DNA of 64,000 bases from an uncultured Alphaproteobacteria bacterium. Its GTDB lineage: Bacteria > Pseudomonadota > Alphaproteobacteria > Rhizobiales > Xanthobacteraceae. Below are positions 1 to 10,908 of the stretch, one piece after another. Both the position numbers and the translations under genes were made by a program. Position 1 is the first letter of the stretch; each line of letters starts with the position of its first letter. The stretch covers positions 21,289 to 85,288 of the forward strand of contig CAWFXX010000010.1 of the NCBI GenBank assembly GCA_963819915.1. Direction: 5' to 3'. The notes beneath the pieces were generated by a model, which was not told the origin of the DNA, made no database searches, and saw nothing but the letters and a program-made list of their open reading frames with translations.

Positions 1-1
1 C

Positions 2-661
2 GCCGGCCTGGTCGGCGCCGACGGCCCGACACATGCCGGCGCGTTTGATGTGACTTATCTCGGCTGCCTTCCCGGTTTCGTCCTGATGGCCGCGGCCGAC
101 GAGGCAGACCTGGTGCACATGGTTGCGACCGCAGTCGCGATCGACGATCGCCCGAGCGCGCTGCGCTATCCGCGCGGTGAAGGCCTCGGCGTGCCAATGC
201 CGGAGGAAGGCAAGCCGCTCGAGATCGGCAAAGGCCGGATCCTCCAGGAAGGGCACAAAGTGGCGCTGCTTTCTTATGGGGCGCGCCTCGGGGAGTGCCT
301 GACGGCAGCCAAGGAACTCAAGGCTCTGGGACTTTCGACAACCGTCGCCGATGCGCGCTTTGCCAAGCCACTCGACGTGGAGTTGATCAGCCGGCTTGTG
401 CGCGAGCACGAGGTGCTGGTGACGATCGAGGAAGGTGCGATCGGCGGTTTCGGCGCCTATGTCCTACAGGCACTGGCGGAACAGGGCGCGCTTGACCGCG
501 GCCTGCGCGTGCGCTGCATGGTTTTGCCGGATGTATTCATTGATCAGGATACGCCTGCCGCCATGTACGAAAAGGCAGGGCTGAACGCCCGGGCGATCGT
601 AGCCAAGGTGTTCGAGGCGCTCGGCAAGGACGCGGCCGAAGAGACGATCAAGCTCGCTTGA
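2..661 (+). CDS. dxs: 1-deoxy-D-xylulose-5-phosphate synthase, C-terminal part (5' truncated by window edge)
   Basis: Open frame from base 2 reads [13 protein letters not shown]..., then [14 protein letters not shown] and [11 protein letters not shown], all DXS C-terminal motifs. Confidence 0.95.
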   Translation, partial: AGLVGADGPTHAGAFDVTYLGCLPGFVLMAAADEADLVHMVATAVAIDDRPSALRYPRGEGLGVPMPEEGKPLEIGKGRILQEGHKVALLSYGARLGECLTAAKELKALGLSTTVADARFAKPLDVELISRLVREHEVLVTIEEGAIGGFGAYVLQALAEQGALDRGLRVRCMVLPDVFIDQDTPAAMYEKAGLNARAIVAKVFEALGKDAAEETIKLA

Positions 662-666
662 CGAGG

Positions 667-852
667 CTATAGTCTCTTCTTACGCGGGACCTTCTTTCCT
701 TTCTTGCGCGCTTCCGAGAGACCGATGGCAATCGCCTGCTTGCGGCTCTTGACCTTCTTGCGGCTGCGCCCGCTTCTGAGCGTGCCTTTGTTGCGTTTCT
801 TCATCGCGCGCTCCACGTATTTGGAAGCGCCCTTCGAATATTTACGTGCCAT
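667..852 (-). CDS. Small Lys/Arg-rich protein (DUF6496-like)
   Basis: 61 aa; GTLRSGRS...KVKSRKQAIAIGLSEAR motif; GGAG upstream of the start. Confidence 0.75.
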   Translation of the reverse strand: MARKYSKGASKYVERAMKKRNKGTLRSGRSRKKVKSRKQAIAIGLSEARKKGKKVPRKKRL

Positions 853-978
853 ACTGCTTCTCCTTGGTCAGACAATAACGGTGGCCGTTGCAATATCCAT
901 CGGCCCGACTTTTCTAACCGCCATGCGTAAAACTTTGTTCCGCGCGCTTCATTCCACCTGAGCATAAGAGGCGCACCC

Positions 979-1713
979 ATGACCGCTTCGCGCCACCGCA
1001 TCGATCGTCTATTGGTCGAACGCGGCCTGTTTGATAGCCGCAGCAAGGCGCAGGCCGCGATCGAAGCCGGTCTCGTGACGGTTGACGGGCGAACGGTGGC
1101 CAAGGCCTCCGAGAATATTCCGGCCGACGCGAAACTGCAGGCAAGCGCCGTTCACCCTTATGTGTCGCGCGGGGGCGTGAAGCTCGCGGCAGCGCTTGAC
1201 CGCTTTCATATCAATACAAATGGCCGTGTCTGCCTTGACGTCGGCGCTTCGACCGGCGGATTTACGCAGGTACTGCTGGAGCGTGGCGCCAGCCGCATTT
1301 ATGCGGTCGACGTCGGGCATGATCAGCTCCACGAGTCCCTGCGGGCACGGTCCGAAATCGTGTCGCTGGAAGATACCGATATCCGCACGCTGCCTCCGGG
1401 TAATTTCAACGAATTGCCGGACCTCGTCACCATCGACGTGAGCTTCATCTCCCTCAAGCTCGTGCTGCCCCCCGCACTCGCGCTTCTCAAGCCAAGAGCG
1501 CAACTCGTTGCGCTGATCAAGCCGCAATTCGAAGCCGGCCGCAGCGCCGTGAAAAAGGGCATCGTACGCGATCCCATCGTACACGCCACTGTCTGCGACG
1601 ATATTGCTGAATTTGTTGCTTCGCTCGGCTTGCGCGTACTTGGTGTCATCACGTCGCCGATTGAGGGCGGCGACGGCAACACTGAATTCCTGCTGGGGGC
1701 GGAGCGTGAGTGA
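979..1713 (+). CDS. tlyA: TlyA family RNA methyltransferase
   Basis: S4-like N-terminus ([11 protein letters not shown]), [34 protein letters not shown]. Confidence 0.95.
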   Translation: MTASRHRIDRLLVERGLFDSRSKAQAAIEAGLVTVDGRTVAKASENIPADAKLQASAVHPYVSRGGVKLAAALDRFHINTNGRVCLDVGASTGGFTQVLLERGASRIYAVDVGHDQLHESLRARSEIVSLEDTDIRTLPPGNFNELPDLVTIDVSFISLKLVLPPALALLKPRAQLVALIKPQFEAGRSAVKKGIVRDPIVHATVCDDIAEFVASLGLRVLGVITSPIEGGDGNTEFLLGAERE

Positions 1714-2944
1714 GCAGCTCACCATTGCCCGACTCGGCCATCGCGGCGACGCGATTGCCGATACGCCCAATGGGCCGGCATACGTGCCCTATGCGTTGCC
1801 GGGCGAGACCGTGACGGTCGAGCCGGTGGCGGGCCATCCGGACCGGCATCACTTGCTGCGCGTCGACAAACCCAGCCACGAGCGTGTCGTGCCTATCTGT
1901 AAGCATTTCGGCGCCTGCGGCGGTTGCGCGCTGCAGCACTGGTCGCTGGCCGAATATCATTTATGGAAACGCTCGCTGGTGGTTGAAGCACTGGCGCAGG
2001 CCGATGTGATCGCACCGGTTGCCGACCTGATCGACGCGCATGGTGCGGGCCGCCGGCGCGCGGTCTTACACGCGCGGCGTGGGACCCACGATATTCTCGA
2101 AGTCGGATTTACGGCACCACGCGCGCACCACATCGTCGCCATCGACGAATGCCCGATTCTGGCGCCTGAACTTGCAGGCGCGCTACGCGCCGCCTGGGCG
2201 ATCGCCGAGATGCTCAAGCCCACGGGCAAGCCGCTCGACATCCAGACGACCGCAACGGAGTCCGGACTTGATATCGATGTGCGCGGCTCCGGTACGCTGA
2301 ACGCCGAGCGTCTCGCCGCGCTCGCGCGCGTTGCCGCCGCCCATAGCCTCGCGCGTTTGTCCCGCCATGGCGAATTGGTCGCCCAGCGCGCCCAGCCGCT
2401 GTTGCAGGTTGGCCGCGCCAAAGTGCCGCTGCCGCCCGGCGCGTTTTTGCAGGCGACGGCGGAAGGCGAAGCAACTCTGGCGCGGCTTGTGATTGAGCAC
2501 GTCGGCAAGGCGAAGCGCGTTGCCGACCTGTTTGCCGGCATCGGCACCTTTGCCTTGCGGCTCGCCGAACGTGCGCGCGTCAGCGCGGCGGACAGCGATG
2601 CCGACGCCATCAAGGCACTCGAACGAGCTGCTGCGACGACATCGGGCCTGAAGCCGGTCGACGCGGTGCAGCGCGACCTCTTCCGTCGCCCCTTCGTTGC
2701 GAGCGAACTGAAGGCTTTCGACGCTATCGTTTTCGATCCGCCGCGCCAGGGCGCTGAAGCGCAGGCGCGCGAGCTAGCCAAAAGTGTGGTGCCGCTTGTG
2801 GTCGCAGTTTCGTGTGATGCGACGACGTTTGCCCGCGACGCCGGGATTCTCATCGGCGGCGGATACCGGATCGCGGCCGTCACTCCTGTCGACCAATTCC
2901 GCTATTCGTATCACGTGGAAATCGTCGCGAAGTTTCAGAAGTGA
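1706..2944 (+). CDS. 23S rRNA (uracil-C5) methyltransferase, RlmD/TrmA family
   Basis: GTG start overlapping tlyA end; TRAM-like start, [10 protein letters not shown] Fe-S motif, FLQAT, DLFAGIG, DPPRQG, VSCD. Confidence 0.9.
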   Translation: MSEQLTIARLGHRGDAIADTPNGPAYVPYALPGETVTVEPVAGHPDRHHLLRVDKPSHERVVPICKHFGACGGCALQHWSLAEYHLWKRSLVVEALAQADVIAPVADLIDAHGAGRRRAVLHARRGTHDILEVGFTAPRAHHIVAIDECPILAPELAGALRAAWAIAEMLKPTGKPLDIQTTATESGLDIDVRGSGTLNAERLAALARVAAAHSLARLSRHGELVAQRAQPLLQVGRAKVPLPPGAFLQATAEGEATLARLVIEHVGKAKRVADLFAGIGTFALRLAERARVSAADSDADAIKALERAAATTSGLKPVDAVQRDLFRRPFVASELKAFDAIVFDPPRQGAEAQARELAKSVVPLVVAVSCDATTFARDAGILIGGGYRIAAVTPVDQFRYSYHVEIVAKFQK

Positions 2945-3038
2945 CCGCCATCCTGAGGCGCGAGCGAAGCGAGCCTCGAAGGATGACAGCCGCCACCCTT
3001 CGAGGCCCGCGCTGCGCGCGGTCGCCTCAGGGTGACGG
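2945..3038. repeat. REP-like palindromic element (catcctgagg...cgaaggatg class)
   Basis: Nested inverted repeats: ccatcctgaggcg / cgcctcagggtg and gcctcgaaggatg / cacccttcgaggc, between convergent genes. Confidence 0.8.
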
Positions 3039-3040
3039 AT

Positions 3041-3892
3041 CTAGCGAAAATCCATTCCGCCGCCCCAACGCTCCTGCCACATTTTTTCGCCGATTGTGCA
3101 CGAAATGCGCGGAGCTTCTGACGATGCCAGCCGGACCTTGGCCTCGGGCTGCCGCCCGGCGATTTCCAGCACCAGCTTTGTGCGCGTCGCCTCGATAAAC
3201 TTTTCGCGCTCGCGAATTGGGATGACGAAGGCGCCGGGGCCGCCGATCACGCAATCCTCGTAATAAACATCAAGATCCTCGATATCCATTGTGCCGACAT
3301 ATGGCCGCTTGAGCATGATCGGCAGGCCATTGATGGTAATGCCGGCGGCCAGCACATCGTCGCGTGTCGGCACCACCAGCGGACCGGCATTGTTGGCGCC
3401 ATCGCCGGACACATCGATGACACGGCGTAGACCCTTGTACCCGCTGTCGTCGAACAATGGCTTGGCAAAACGCAGCCCGCCGGAGATGGATGTCCGCGAT
3501 GCCCGCCGGTAGGGCGCGCGCGTGAGTTCGGCGGCCACCGCGTCGGCCGCTTCCGGTCCGTCAATCACCCGCCACGGCATGATGATCTTTTGGTCGGACT
3601 GGCCGGCCCATTCGAAATAAGTAACAGCTATTTTCCCGTGCGGACCCTGGCGCAACGCCTGGAGAAATTCTTTCGATGTCAGCGCAAGGACGTAGCCTTC
3701 GCGTTGCAGAGCCTGCTCGTCGGGATCCATCGAATATGACACATCGACGGCGATCACCAATTCGACATCGACCGGAATTGCGCTGGCACGCATGTCCGCA
3801 AGCCGCGGCATGGGTGTTGCTGCCGCCGCAAGCGTAAGACCTGCGGCCACAATGACTGCGGCGATTGTCAGATTATGTAACCGTCGCCCCAT
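3041..3892 (-). CDS. DUF1194 domain (vWA-like) exported protein
   Basis: Signal-peptide-like N-terminus; ELVIAVDVSYS, RTSISG, IDVSGDGANN, INGLPI. Confidence 0.85.
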   Translation of the reverse strand: MGRRLHNLTIAAVIVAAGLTLAAAATPMPRLADMRASAIPVDVELVIAVDVSYSMDPDEQALQREGYVLALTSKEFLQALRQGPHGKIAVTYFEWAGQSDQKIIMPWRVIDGPEAADAVAAELTRAPYRRASRTSISGGLRFAKPLFDDSGYKGLRRVIDVSGDGANNAGPLVVPTRDDVLAAGITINGLPIMLKRPYVGTMDIEDLDVYYEDCVIGGPGAFVIPIREREKFIEATRTKLVLEIAGRQPEAKVRLASSEAPRISCTIGEKMWQERWGGGMDFR

Positions 3893-3938
3893 GCCCAGAA
3901 TCTTCGCATGCTGCACGGGCAAAAAAAAGGCCGGTGCG

Positions 3939-5030
3939 TCAGCTATCCAATGTTTCCGTAGAAACGATCTCGATGCCAAAACCGCCGAGACCCACATATG
4001 TGCGCTTGGTGGATGTCAGCAGGCGGATCGAGGAAATTCCGAGGTCCTTCAGGATCTGCGCGCCGAGCCCGATTTCACGCCACTGCCGCGAACGCGCCGC
4101 ATCGGTTTCGGTATCGCTTCCATGCGGAATTTCAGCGACCGGAACGCCGGCTGTACCGTCGCGCAAGTAAACGATGACGCCGCGGCCGGCGGTCTTGAAG
4201 CGCTTGAGTGAAGCGCGGATCGATTTGGCACCGCCGAAAACGTCGCCGATGACATCGGCCCGGTGCAGCCGCGCCAGCACGCCTTTGCCATCCCCGATAT
4301 CGCCATAGACAAAGGCCATATGGTGCACGCGGTCGAATGGCGTCACATAGGCATAGCCCTGCAAAGTGCCGATCTCGGATGCGAGCGGAAATGCACCAAC
4401 GCGTTCGACCAATTTGTCACGGTTTTGCCGGTAGGCGATCAGATCCGCGATCGAGACCTGTGCAAGCTTATGCTTTTGCGCGAAGGCGGCCACTTCGGGC
4501 CCCCGCATTACCGAGCCACTGTCGTTCATCAATTCAGCCAATACGCCGACCGGGGCGAGTGATGCCAGCCGGCAGAGATCGACGCACGCCTCCGTGTGGC
4601 CGGAACGCATCAACACGCCACCCTCGCGCGCAACCAAAGGAAACACGTGGCCGGGGCGTACGAAATCCGTGGCACCGTTGTTGTCGTTGGCGAGTGCCCG
4701 CACGGTATTGCAGCGCTCTTCCGCCGAGATGCCCGTGGTGAGCCCATGACGCACGTCGACCGAAACAGTGAAGGCGGTGCCAAGCGGCGCCTCATTTTTC
4801 GCCACCATCGGATCGAGATGCAGACGGCGCGCGAGCTCGGCGCCGAGCGGCGCACAGACGATGCCCGAAGTATTGCGGATGATGAACGCCATCTTGTCTG
4901 GCGTGCAATGCGAGGCGGCGACGAACAGATCGCCTTCATTCTCGCGGTCGTCATCATCGGTGACGACCACGATCTCGCCTTTGGCGAAGGCCTTGATCGC
5001 CGCTTCAACTCTGCTGTGGGTGTCAGGCAC
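3939..5030 (-). CDS. ribB: 3,4-dihydroxy-2-butanone-4-phosphate synthase with degenerate GTP cyclohydrolase II-like C-terminal domain
   Basis: VVTDDDDRENEGDL, FTVSVD, RPGHVFPL, RSGHTEA; GTG start at 5030. Confidence 0.93.
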   Translation of the reverse strand: MPDTHSRVEAAIKAFAKGEIVVVTDDDDRENEGDLFVAASHCTPDKMAFIIRNTSGIVCAPLGAELARRLHLDPMVAKNEAPLGTAFTVSVDVRHGLTTGISAEERCNTVRALANDNNGATDFVRPGHVFPLVAREGGVLMRSGHTEACVDLCRLASLAPVGVLAELMNDSGSVMRGPEVAAFAQKHKLAQVSIADLIAYRQNRDKLVERVGAFPLASEIGTLQGYAYVTPFDRVHHMAFVYGDIGDGKGVLARLHRADVIGDVFGGAKSIRASLKRFKTAGRGVIVYLRDGTAGVPVAEIPHGSDTETDAARSRQWREIGLGAQILKDLGISSIRLLTSTKRTYVGLGGFGIEIVSTETLDS

Positions 5031-5044
5031 CGATATCTCGCGTT

Positions 5045-6172
5045 TTACGCCTTGAACGGCCACGCCGTCCCCTCGCCCGCATTCACGCCCATCTGGCCGC
5101 GATGCATCAGATAGTGATCGGCCAGCACGCATGCCACCATCGCTTCCCCGATCGGGACAGCCCGGATGCCGACGCACGGGTCGTGGCGGCCTTTGGTGAC
5201 GATATCGGTGTCGCGCCCATAACGGTCCACCGTCTTGCGCGGCGTCAGAATTGAAGATGTTGGCTTGACCGCGAAGCGGGCAACGATGGTCTGGCCGGTC
5301 GAAATGCCGCCGAGAATACCGCCGGCGTGGTTGGACAGAAACAACGGCTTGCCGTCATTGCCCATGCGCATCTCGTCGGCATTTTCGATGCCGCTCATTG
5401 CCGCTGTGGCAAAGCCATCGCCGATTTCGACACCCTTGACAGCGTTGATGCCCATCAGCGCGCCGGCGAGATCGCCGTCGAGCTTTGCATAAACCGGCGC
5501 GCCAAGCCCGGCCGGAACACCATCCGCAACGACCTCGATCACCGCCCCGCAGGACGATCCGGACGTACGCACGCCATCGAGATAGTCCTCGAAGAATTTC
5601 GCCTGCTTGGCATCGGGACAAAAGAACGGATTTTTACCGATCTCGTTCCAGTCCCAACGCGAGCGGTCGATTTTGTGCGGCCCCATTTGCACGAGCGCGC
5701 CACGCACGGTCATGCCACGCACAATCTTACGGGCGATGGCGCCGGCGGCGACCCGCGCAGCCGTCTCGCGCGCGGAGGCGCGTCCGCCGCCGCGATAATC
5801 ATGGATGCCGTATTTGACGTCATACGTGTAGCCGGCATGGCCCGGCCGGTATTTGTCCTTGATCTCGGAGTAGTCTTTCGAGCGCTGATCGACGTTCTCG
5901 ATCATCAGCATGATCGGAGTGCCGGTCGTAACCTGCTGGCCGCTCTTCTCGTCGGTGAAAACGCCGGACATGATCTTGACCGCGTCCGGCTCCTGCCGCT
6001 GCGTCGTAAATCGCGATTGCCCGGGCCGCCGGCGGTCGAGCTCGCGCTGGATGTCTTCCGCGCTGAGCGGAATCCGCGGCGGACAACCGTCGACGACGCA
6101 GCCGATCGCCGCCCCATGGCTTTCGCCGAAGCTCGTGAACCGGAATAGATGACCGAACGTATTGAAAGACAT
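5045..6172 (-). CDS. aroC: Chorismate synthase
   Basis: [41 protein letters not shown]. Confidence 0.97.
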   Translation of the reverse strand: MSFNTFGHLFRFTSFGESHGAAIGCVVDGCPPRIPLSAEDIQRELDRRRPGQSRFTTQRQEPDAVKIMSGVFTDEKSGQQVTTGTPIMLMIENVDQRSKDYSEIKDKYRPGHAGYTYDVKYGIHDYRGGGRASARETAARVAAGAIARKIVRGMTVRGALVQMGPHKIDRSRWDWNEIGKNPFFCPDAKQAKFFEDYLDGVRTSGSSCGAVIEVVADGVPAGLGAPVYAKLDGDLAGALMGINAVKGVEIGDGFATAAMSGIENADEMRMGNDGKPLFLSNHAGGILGGISTGQTIVARFAVKPTSSILTPRKTVDRYGRDTDIVTKGRHDPCVGIRAVPIGEAMVACVLADHYLMHRGQMGVNAGEGTAWPFKA

Positions 6173-6297
6173 AGGGTTAGGTACCCCGCGAACCTAGCCG
6201 CGGTCAAATTATCTCCCGCTCGCTCCCGCGCATAGCCGGACGAATGACGGCGCGCTTCGCAAGCCTATGCAGGAATCGAGGGCCTCAATCTCAGCTT

Positions 6298-6903
6298 TTA
6301 GGCATAACGCATGATCTGATCAGCCTGAAACACGTAAACGACACCTTGCTCGATATCGATCAGCGGTGCAGCCGCCGGCTTTACAATCCCGAAATACGCG
6401 ATGAGCCCCCGCGCCGTGCCGCCATGGGCAACCGCGACGGTGTCGCACGAAAGGCTTTCATACCAGTCGCACATACGCCCCGACACCAGCTTGTAGCTCT
6501 CGCCGCCCGGCGGGACGAAGTGCCATTTGTCCTGCTCACGCGCGGCGATGCGCTGCGGATCGCGCGAGCGCAATTGCGCGATGGTGAAGCCCTCCCAATC
6601 GCCGAACGAAATCTCGGTAAGCTTCGGCTCAATACGAAAGCCATCAGGAGGCAACCCCACAGGTGGCCGAAGCAGCTCCATTGTTTCACACGCACGGCCA
6701 AGCGGACTCGACACATAGTCGAGTTCTGCGGCCTTACGGCCGTCGCGTGCAAGCAGATCGCGCAATATATCGCCGCAGTGAACCGCCTGCGACCGCCCGC
6801 GCGCGTTCAGCGGTATGTCGCGGCGGCCTTGCAAGCGGCCGGCGACGTTCCAGTCGGTTTCTCCGTGGCGGATGTAATAGACGGTTGGCCGCCGTGCGAC
6901 CAT
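6298..6903 (-). CDS. Histidine phosphatase (phosphoglycerate mutase-like)
   Basis: YIRHGETDWN, SSPLGRA, EISFGDWEG, VAHGG. Confidence 0.9.
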   Translation of the reverse strand: MVARRPTVYYIRHGETDWNVAGRLQGRRDIPLNARGRSQAVHCGDILRDLLARDGRKAAELDYVSSPLGRACETMELLRPPVGLPPDGFRIEPKLTEISFGDWEGFTIAQLRSRDPQRIAAREQDKWHFVPPGGESYKLVSGRMCDWYESLSCDTVAVAHGGTARGLIAYFGIVKPAAAPLIDIEQGVVYVFQADQIMRYA

Positions 6904-7724
6904 TATTCTTCCTTGCCGACCGCCATGTCGGGGGCATCCGGATGCTTGATACCGACAATATGATAACCGGCATCGACGTGATGGACTTCACCGGTAACGC
7001 CGCTCGCCATATCGGACAGGAAATAAACGCCGGTCTTGCCGACATCCTCAAGTGTGACGTTACGGCGCATCGGCGTATTGTATTCATTCCACTTGAGGAT
7101 ATAGCGGAAATCACCGATGCCCGAGGCGGCGAGAGTCTTGATCGGGCCGGATGAAATGGCGTTGACGCGGATGTTCTTGGCCCCGAGATCGGCGGCGAGA
7201 TAGCGCACCGAGGACTCGAGCGCAGCCTTTGCCAGCCCCATCACATTGTAATGAGGCATCCATTTCTCGGCGCCGTAGTACGTCAGCGTGAGGAGCGAGC
7301 CTCCGTTGGTCATCAGTTTTTCGGCGCGCTGCGCGACTGCCGTGAACGAATAACAGCTCACCAGCATTGTCTTGACGAAATTATCCTCTGTGGTGTCGAC
7401 ATAGCGGCCGTCGAGCTGGTCCTTGTCGGAAAAGGCAATCGCGTGCAGGACGAAATCAAGGGAGCCCCATGCCGATTTGACCGCCGCGAACACCGCGTCG
7501 ATGCTTGCAGGCTCGGTCACATCGCAATGCCCGACGACCAGACCGTCGACCTCCTCGGCCAAAGGCTCAACGCGCTTCTTGAGCGCTTCGCCCTGATAGG
7601 TGAACGCGAGGTCGGCACCATGGTCGCGACAGGCGCGGGCGATTCCCCAGGCGATCGAGCGGTTATTGGCCACGCCCATGATCAGCCCACGTTTACCCCG
7701 CATCAGACTCGAAATTTCCGGCAT
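6903..7724 (-). CDS. fabI: Enoyl-ACP reductase (NADH)
   Basis: GLIMGVANNRSIAWGIA, HAIAFSDK, YNVMGLAKAALE, GPIKTLAASGI. Confidence 0.96.
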   Translation of the reverse strand: MPEISSLMRGKRGLIMGVANNRSIAWGIARACRDHGADLAFTYQGEALKKRVEPLAEEVDGLVVGHCDVTEPASIDAVFAAVKSAWGSLDFVLHAIAFSDKDQLDGRYVDTTEDNFVKTMLVSCYSFTAVAQRAEKLMTNGGSLLTLTYYGAEKWMPHYNVMGLAKAALESSVRYLAADLGAKNIRVNAISSGPIKTLAASGIGDFRYILKWNEYNTPMRRNVTLEDVGKTGVYFLSDMASGVTGEVHHVDAGYHIVGIKHPDAPDMAVGKEE

Positions 7725-7963
7725 CACCCTTCCCGTTTCCGCCGGCCGCCACCGGTCGCCTCGTATGGCACAGGGCCTGTGGGCCAGCAAGCAAAGCACC
7801 CGCCAGGGCGTTTGCCGTTGTTTTTTCAATTCATTTTCGGGAATATGATACGGCGCTGCGGGGTTTCTCTGACAGTTGAAGTGCCGAATTGCGTTCGGTG
7901 ACGACGGACAGGCGGACCGCTGATCCCCTTGGCTGTACGCGCTGTTGGTGAGGGAGGGCCCGG

Positions 7964-8455
7964 TTGCCCACGTTCCGGCAAAACGTTGAAGCGACAATTC
8001 CTGCGCTGCGCCGCTACGCGCGCGCGCTGACGCGGAACGCCGATATCGCCGACGATCTGGTGCAGGACACGCTCGTGCGGGCGCTGCGCTCGGAGCACCT
8101 ATTTCATGGCGGTGATGTGCGCAGTTGGCTGTACACGATCCTGACCAATCTCAACCGCAATCGGCTGCGATCGCTCGCACGGCGTCCGATGCTGTCGCCG
8201 ATCGAAGACAATGATGCTCCGGACCTTGCCGGGCCGGAAGCGGGCGGCCGCGACATCGAGCGCGCGCTCGCCACGCTGGTGGAGGACCAGCGCAACGCCT
8301 TGCTGCTCGTGGTGCTGGAAGGCTTGAGCTACCGCGAGGTGGCTGAAGTGCAAGGTGTGCCTATCGGCACCGTAATGTCGCGTCTGGCGCGTGCGCGCGT
8401 ACAGATCAAAAACTATCTCGACGGCGAGCGCCCTGCGCTGCGCCGCGTGAAATGA
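7964..8455 (+). CDS. ECF-type RNA polymerase sigma factor
   Basis: TTG start after GGAGGG; ADDLVQDT region 2, WLYTI, EGLSYREVA...GTVMSRLARAR region 4. Confidence 0.92.
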   Translation: MPTFRQNVEATIPALRRYARALTRNADIADDLVQDTLVRALRSEHLFHGGDVRSWLYTILTNLNRNRLRSLARRPMLSPIEDNDAPDLAGPEAGGRDIERALATLVEDQRNALLLVVLEGLSYREVAEVQGVPIGTVMSRLARARVQIKNYLDGERPALRRVK

Positions 8456-8456
8456 A

Positions 8457-8476
8457 AGAGAGAGAGAGAGAGAGAG
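8457..8476. repeat. (AG)10 dinucleotide microsatellite at the sigma/anti-sigma junction
   Basis: Direct read: atgaa-(ag)10-aaggtgaacccatg. Confidence 0.9.
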
Positions 8477-8487
8477 AAGGTGAACCC

Positions 8488-9282
8488 ATGATTGATCGCG
8501 ATTCACCCGTGACCGAGGATGAACTGCACGCCTATATCGACGGCGAGTTGCCGGCCGACCGTAAGGAGGCCGTCGCCACGTGGCTTGCCACTCATCCCGA
8601 ACAGGCCGCGCTTGTTGCGTCCTGGCGGGCACAAGCCGAGAGCGTCCGCGCACGTTATGGCGCGATTGCCGATGAACCCGTTCCGGAACGGCTCAGGCTC
8701 GACCAGATGATCCGCAGGGAGCGTGCCAACGGGCGTTCCTGGGCCGCAACGGCTGCGGCTGCAGCCATTGCAGCTTTTGTCATCGGTGGCGCTGCCGGTT
8801 GGATGGCGCGCGGCGCCTCCGCCGCCGCCCCGACCGAATTTCAGGCTATCGCCGGCGACGCGCTCGACGCCTACAGGCTCTACGTCGTCGAAGTGCGCCA
8901 TCCCGTTGAAGTGCCCGGCAGCGAGCGTGCTCACATGACGCAATGGCTGTCGAAACGGCTTGGCGAGGATCTGCGCATTCCTGATCTGCAGTCGATCGGA
9001 CTGAAACTCGTCGGCGGCCGACTGCTTCCCGGTCCGACCGGAGCGGCGGCATTTTATATGTATGAAAGCGCATCCGGCGAACGCTTCACGATCTATTGCG
9101 CAAAGGCCGGCGTGTCGCAAACAGCGCTGCGTTACAAGAGCGAAGACAAGTTTGCCGCGTTCTACTGGGGCGACGACAAGATTGCCTATGTCGTGAGCGG
9201 CCCAGCCGACCGGGAGCGGCTGGAAAGCGTGACCAAGGCGGTCTACGAGCAGATCGACAAGAGCGCAACGAAGAAGTCGTAG
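8488..9282 (+). CDS. Transmembrane anti-sigma factor (alternative in-frame start at 8452)
   Basis: EDELHAYIDGEL N-terminus, one TM segment, HPVEV...WLSKRLG...GGRLLP periplasmic domain; follows the ECF sigma. Confidence 0.9.
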   Translation: MIDRDSPVTEDELHAYIDGELPADRKEAVATWLATHPEQAALVASWRAQAESVRARYGAIADEPVPERLRLDQMIRRERANGRSWAATAAAAAIAAFVIGGAAGWMARGASAAAPTEFQAIAGDALDAYRLYVVEVRHPVEVPGSERAHMTQWLSKRLGEDLRIPDLQSIGLKLVGGRLLPGPTGAAAFYMYESASGERFTIYCAKAGVSQTALRYKSEDKFAAFYWGDDKIAYVVSGPADRERLESVTKAVYEQIDKSATKKS

Positions 9283-9292
9283 CGACGGCGCG

Positions 9293-10288
9293 TCAGTCGA
9301 GGCCGTCGCGCGGATCGTAAGGCTTCTTGTCGCGCCACTGCTTCATGAGTTCCTTGAACTCGTCATCGACGCGATCGGGTAGCACGACGCGCACCGTAGC
9401 CAGCAGGTCACCGGCGCCGCTTTTTGCTTTCAGGCCCTTGCCCTTGAGACGGAATGTGCGCCCGGAATTGGTGCCGGCCGGTATCGCCAGCTCCACTGCG
9501 CCGTCGAGGGTCGGCACGCGAACCTTGCCGCCGAGCACGGCTTCGTAAAGCGTGATCGGCAGTTCAAGCCGCAGGTCAGCGCCGTCCGGCTTGAAGAGCG
9601 GATGCGGCGCAACGTTGATGGTGATCAACGCATCGCCAGCCCTGCCCGTTGCGCTCGGCCATCCCTGCCCCTTCAAGCGGATCTGCTGGCCGCTGGCGAT
9701 CCCCGCCGGAATCTTCACCTCGACGTCCTTGCCGGTCGGCAGATGGACGCGGGTCTTTGTGCCTTTGGCAGCGTCGCCGAGCGTGATCGTCAGCGACGCG
9801 TGGAGGTCCTGTCCGCCGGCGGACGCGCCGAAATCTTCGGTTTCGAACTGCGTGCCGAATCCGCGGCCGGCACCGGATCGGCCGCCGAACATTCCGCGCA
9901 AAAGATCCTCGAAACCCGCACCGCCCCCGGCGCCAGCGCCAGCACCACCGGCCGACCGTCGGAAACCGTCGGGACCAAAACTGAAGCTTTCGAAATGCGC
10001 GCCGCCAGGACCGTGCGCGCCACCGCCCGGCTGCGCACCAAATCCTTCGAACCCCTGGAAGCGTGGCTTGCCTTCCGCATCGATCTCGCCGCGATCAAAC
10101 GCCTTGCGCTTGTCGCCGTCGCCAACGATCTCGTAGGCGGCATTCAACTCGGCGAAGCGCGAGGCCGCCTTCGGATCGTGCTTGTTGGCGTCGGGGTGCA
10201 GCTTCTTCGCGAGCCGCCGATAGGCGCTCTTGACGTCAGCCTCGTTCGCACCCTTGGAAACCCCCAACACCTCGTAGGGGTCGCGCAT
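9293..10288 (-). CDS. DnaJ/CbpA-type J-domain protein
   Basis: RDPYEVLGV, HPD motif, G/F-rich linker, C-terminal DnaJ domain, no zinc finger. Confidence 0.92.
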   Translation of the reverse strand: MRDPYEVLGVSKGANEADVKSAYRRLAKKLHPDANKHDPKAASRFAELNAAYEIVGDGDKRKAFDRGEIDAEGKPRFQGFEGFGAQPGGGAHGPGGAHFESFSFGPDGFRRSAGGAGAGAGGGAGFEDLLRGMFGGRSGAGRGFGTQFETEDFGASAGGQDLHASLTITLGDAAKGTKTRVHLPTGKDVEVKIPAGIASGQQIRLKGQGWPSATGRAGDALITINVAPHPLFKPDGADLRLELPITLYEAVLGGKVRVPTLDGAVELAIPAGTNSGRTFRLKGKGLKAKSGAGDLLATVRVVLPDRVDDEFKELMKQWRDKKPYDPRDGLD

Positions 10289-10402
10289 CGTGTCCAAACT
10301 CCCGTGAAAATCCCCTGAGCCGCCCAATAATAGCGACTCGACGCCATTAATGTGGGGTTCCAAAGCGGCCGATGCAACGCGCCGGCGCCCGCCAGGAAAC
10401 GG

Positions 10403-10891
10403 CTAGGACTGCTTCCAGGGCTTGAGGGTGCGAACTTCCCAGACGCCTTGCTGCTGCTTGCAGGCTTCGCCCTGAACCCACGCTTGCGAACTGCCGGTGA
10501 CAAAGCTCGCCAGGAAATTGCGGCAAGTCTGCCCGTCCTGGGTGTAGGCCGATGCGACGGGGGTCACCGTGCCGCGTGTGCCGGTGCTGGGGTTTTCCCA
10601 CGGCTGGCTGCTGTCTTTTTCGCCCCGGCCGAGCACCGCGCTGGCGGCGGCCCGCGCGTAAACAAGGTCGGCGTCGGGCGGCAATTGCGTGACTTCCTTC
10701 GATCCGGGCGGCGGCGTCACTGAGCCGGTCTGGTCGCTGCCGAAGAATGAATCAAACTGGCCGGACATGCTGCAACCACCCACAGCGAGCGACAATGTCA
10801 CCACGCCGGCAGCGGCCAGCCCACACCATAGGCGCGGACGTTCACATCCACTATATAATCCGCAGTATTGACGCGTTCTGGTCCCGACCAC
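10403..10891 (-). CDS. RT0821/Lpp0805-like surface lipoprotein (start uncertain)
   Basis: Lipobox-like LAVGGC; [23 protein letters not shown] 17-kDa-antigen-like domain. Confidence 0.75.
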   Translation of the reverse strand: MVGTRTRQYCGLYSGCERPRLWCGLAAAGVVTLSLAVGGCSMSGQFDSFFGSDQTGSVTPPPGSKEVTQLPPDADLVYARAAASAVLGRGEKDSSQPWENPSTGTRGTVTPVASAYTQDGQTCRNFLASFVTGSSQAWVQGEACKQQQGVWEVRTLKPWKQS

Positions 10892-10908
10892 GCGAAGCGC
10901 CCCAGCAG

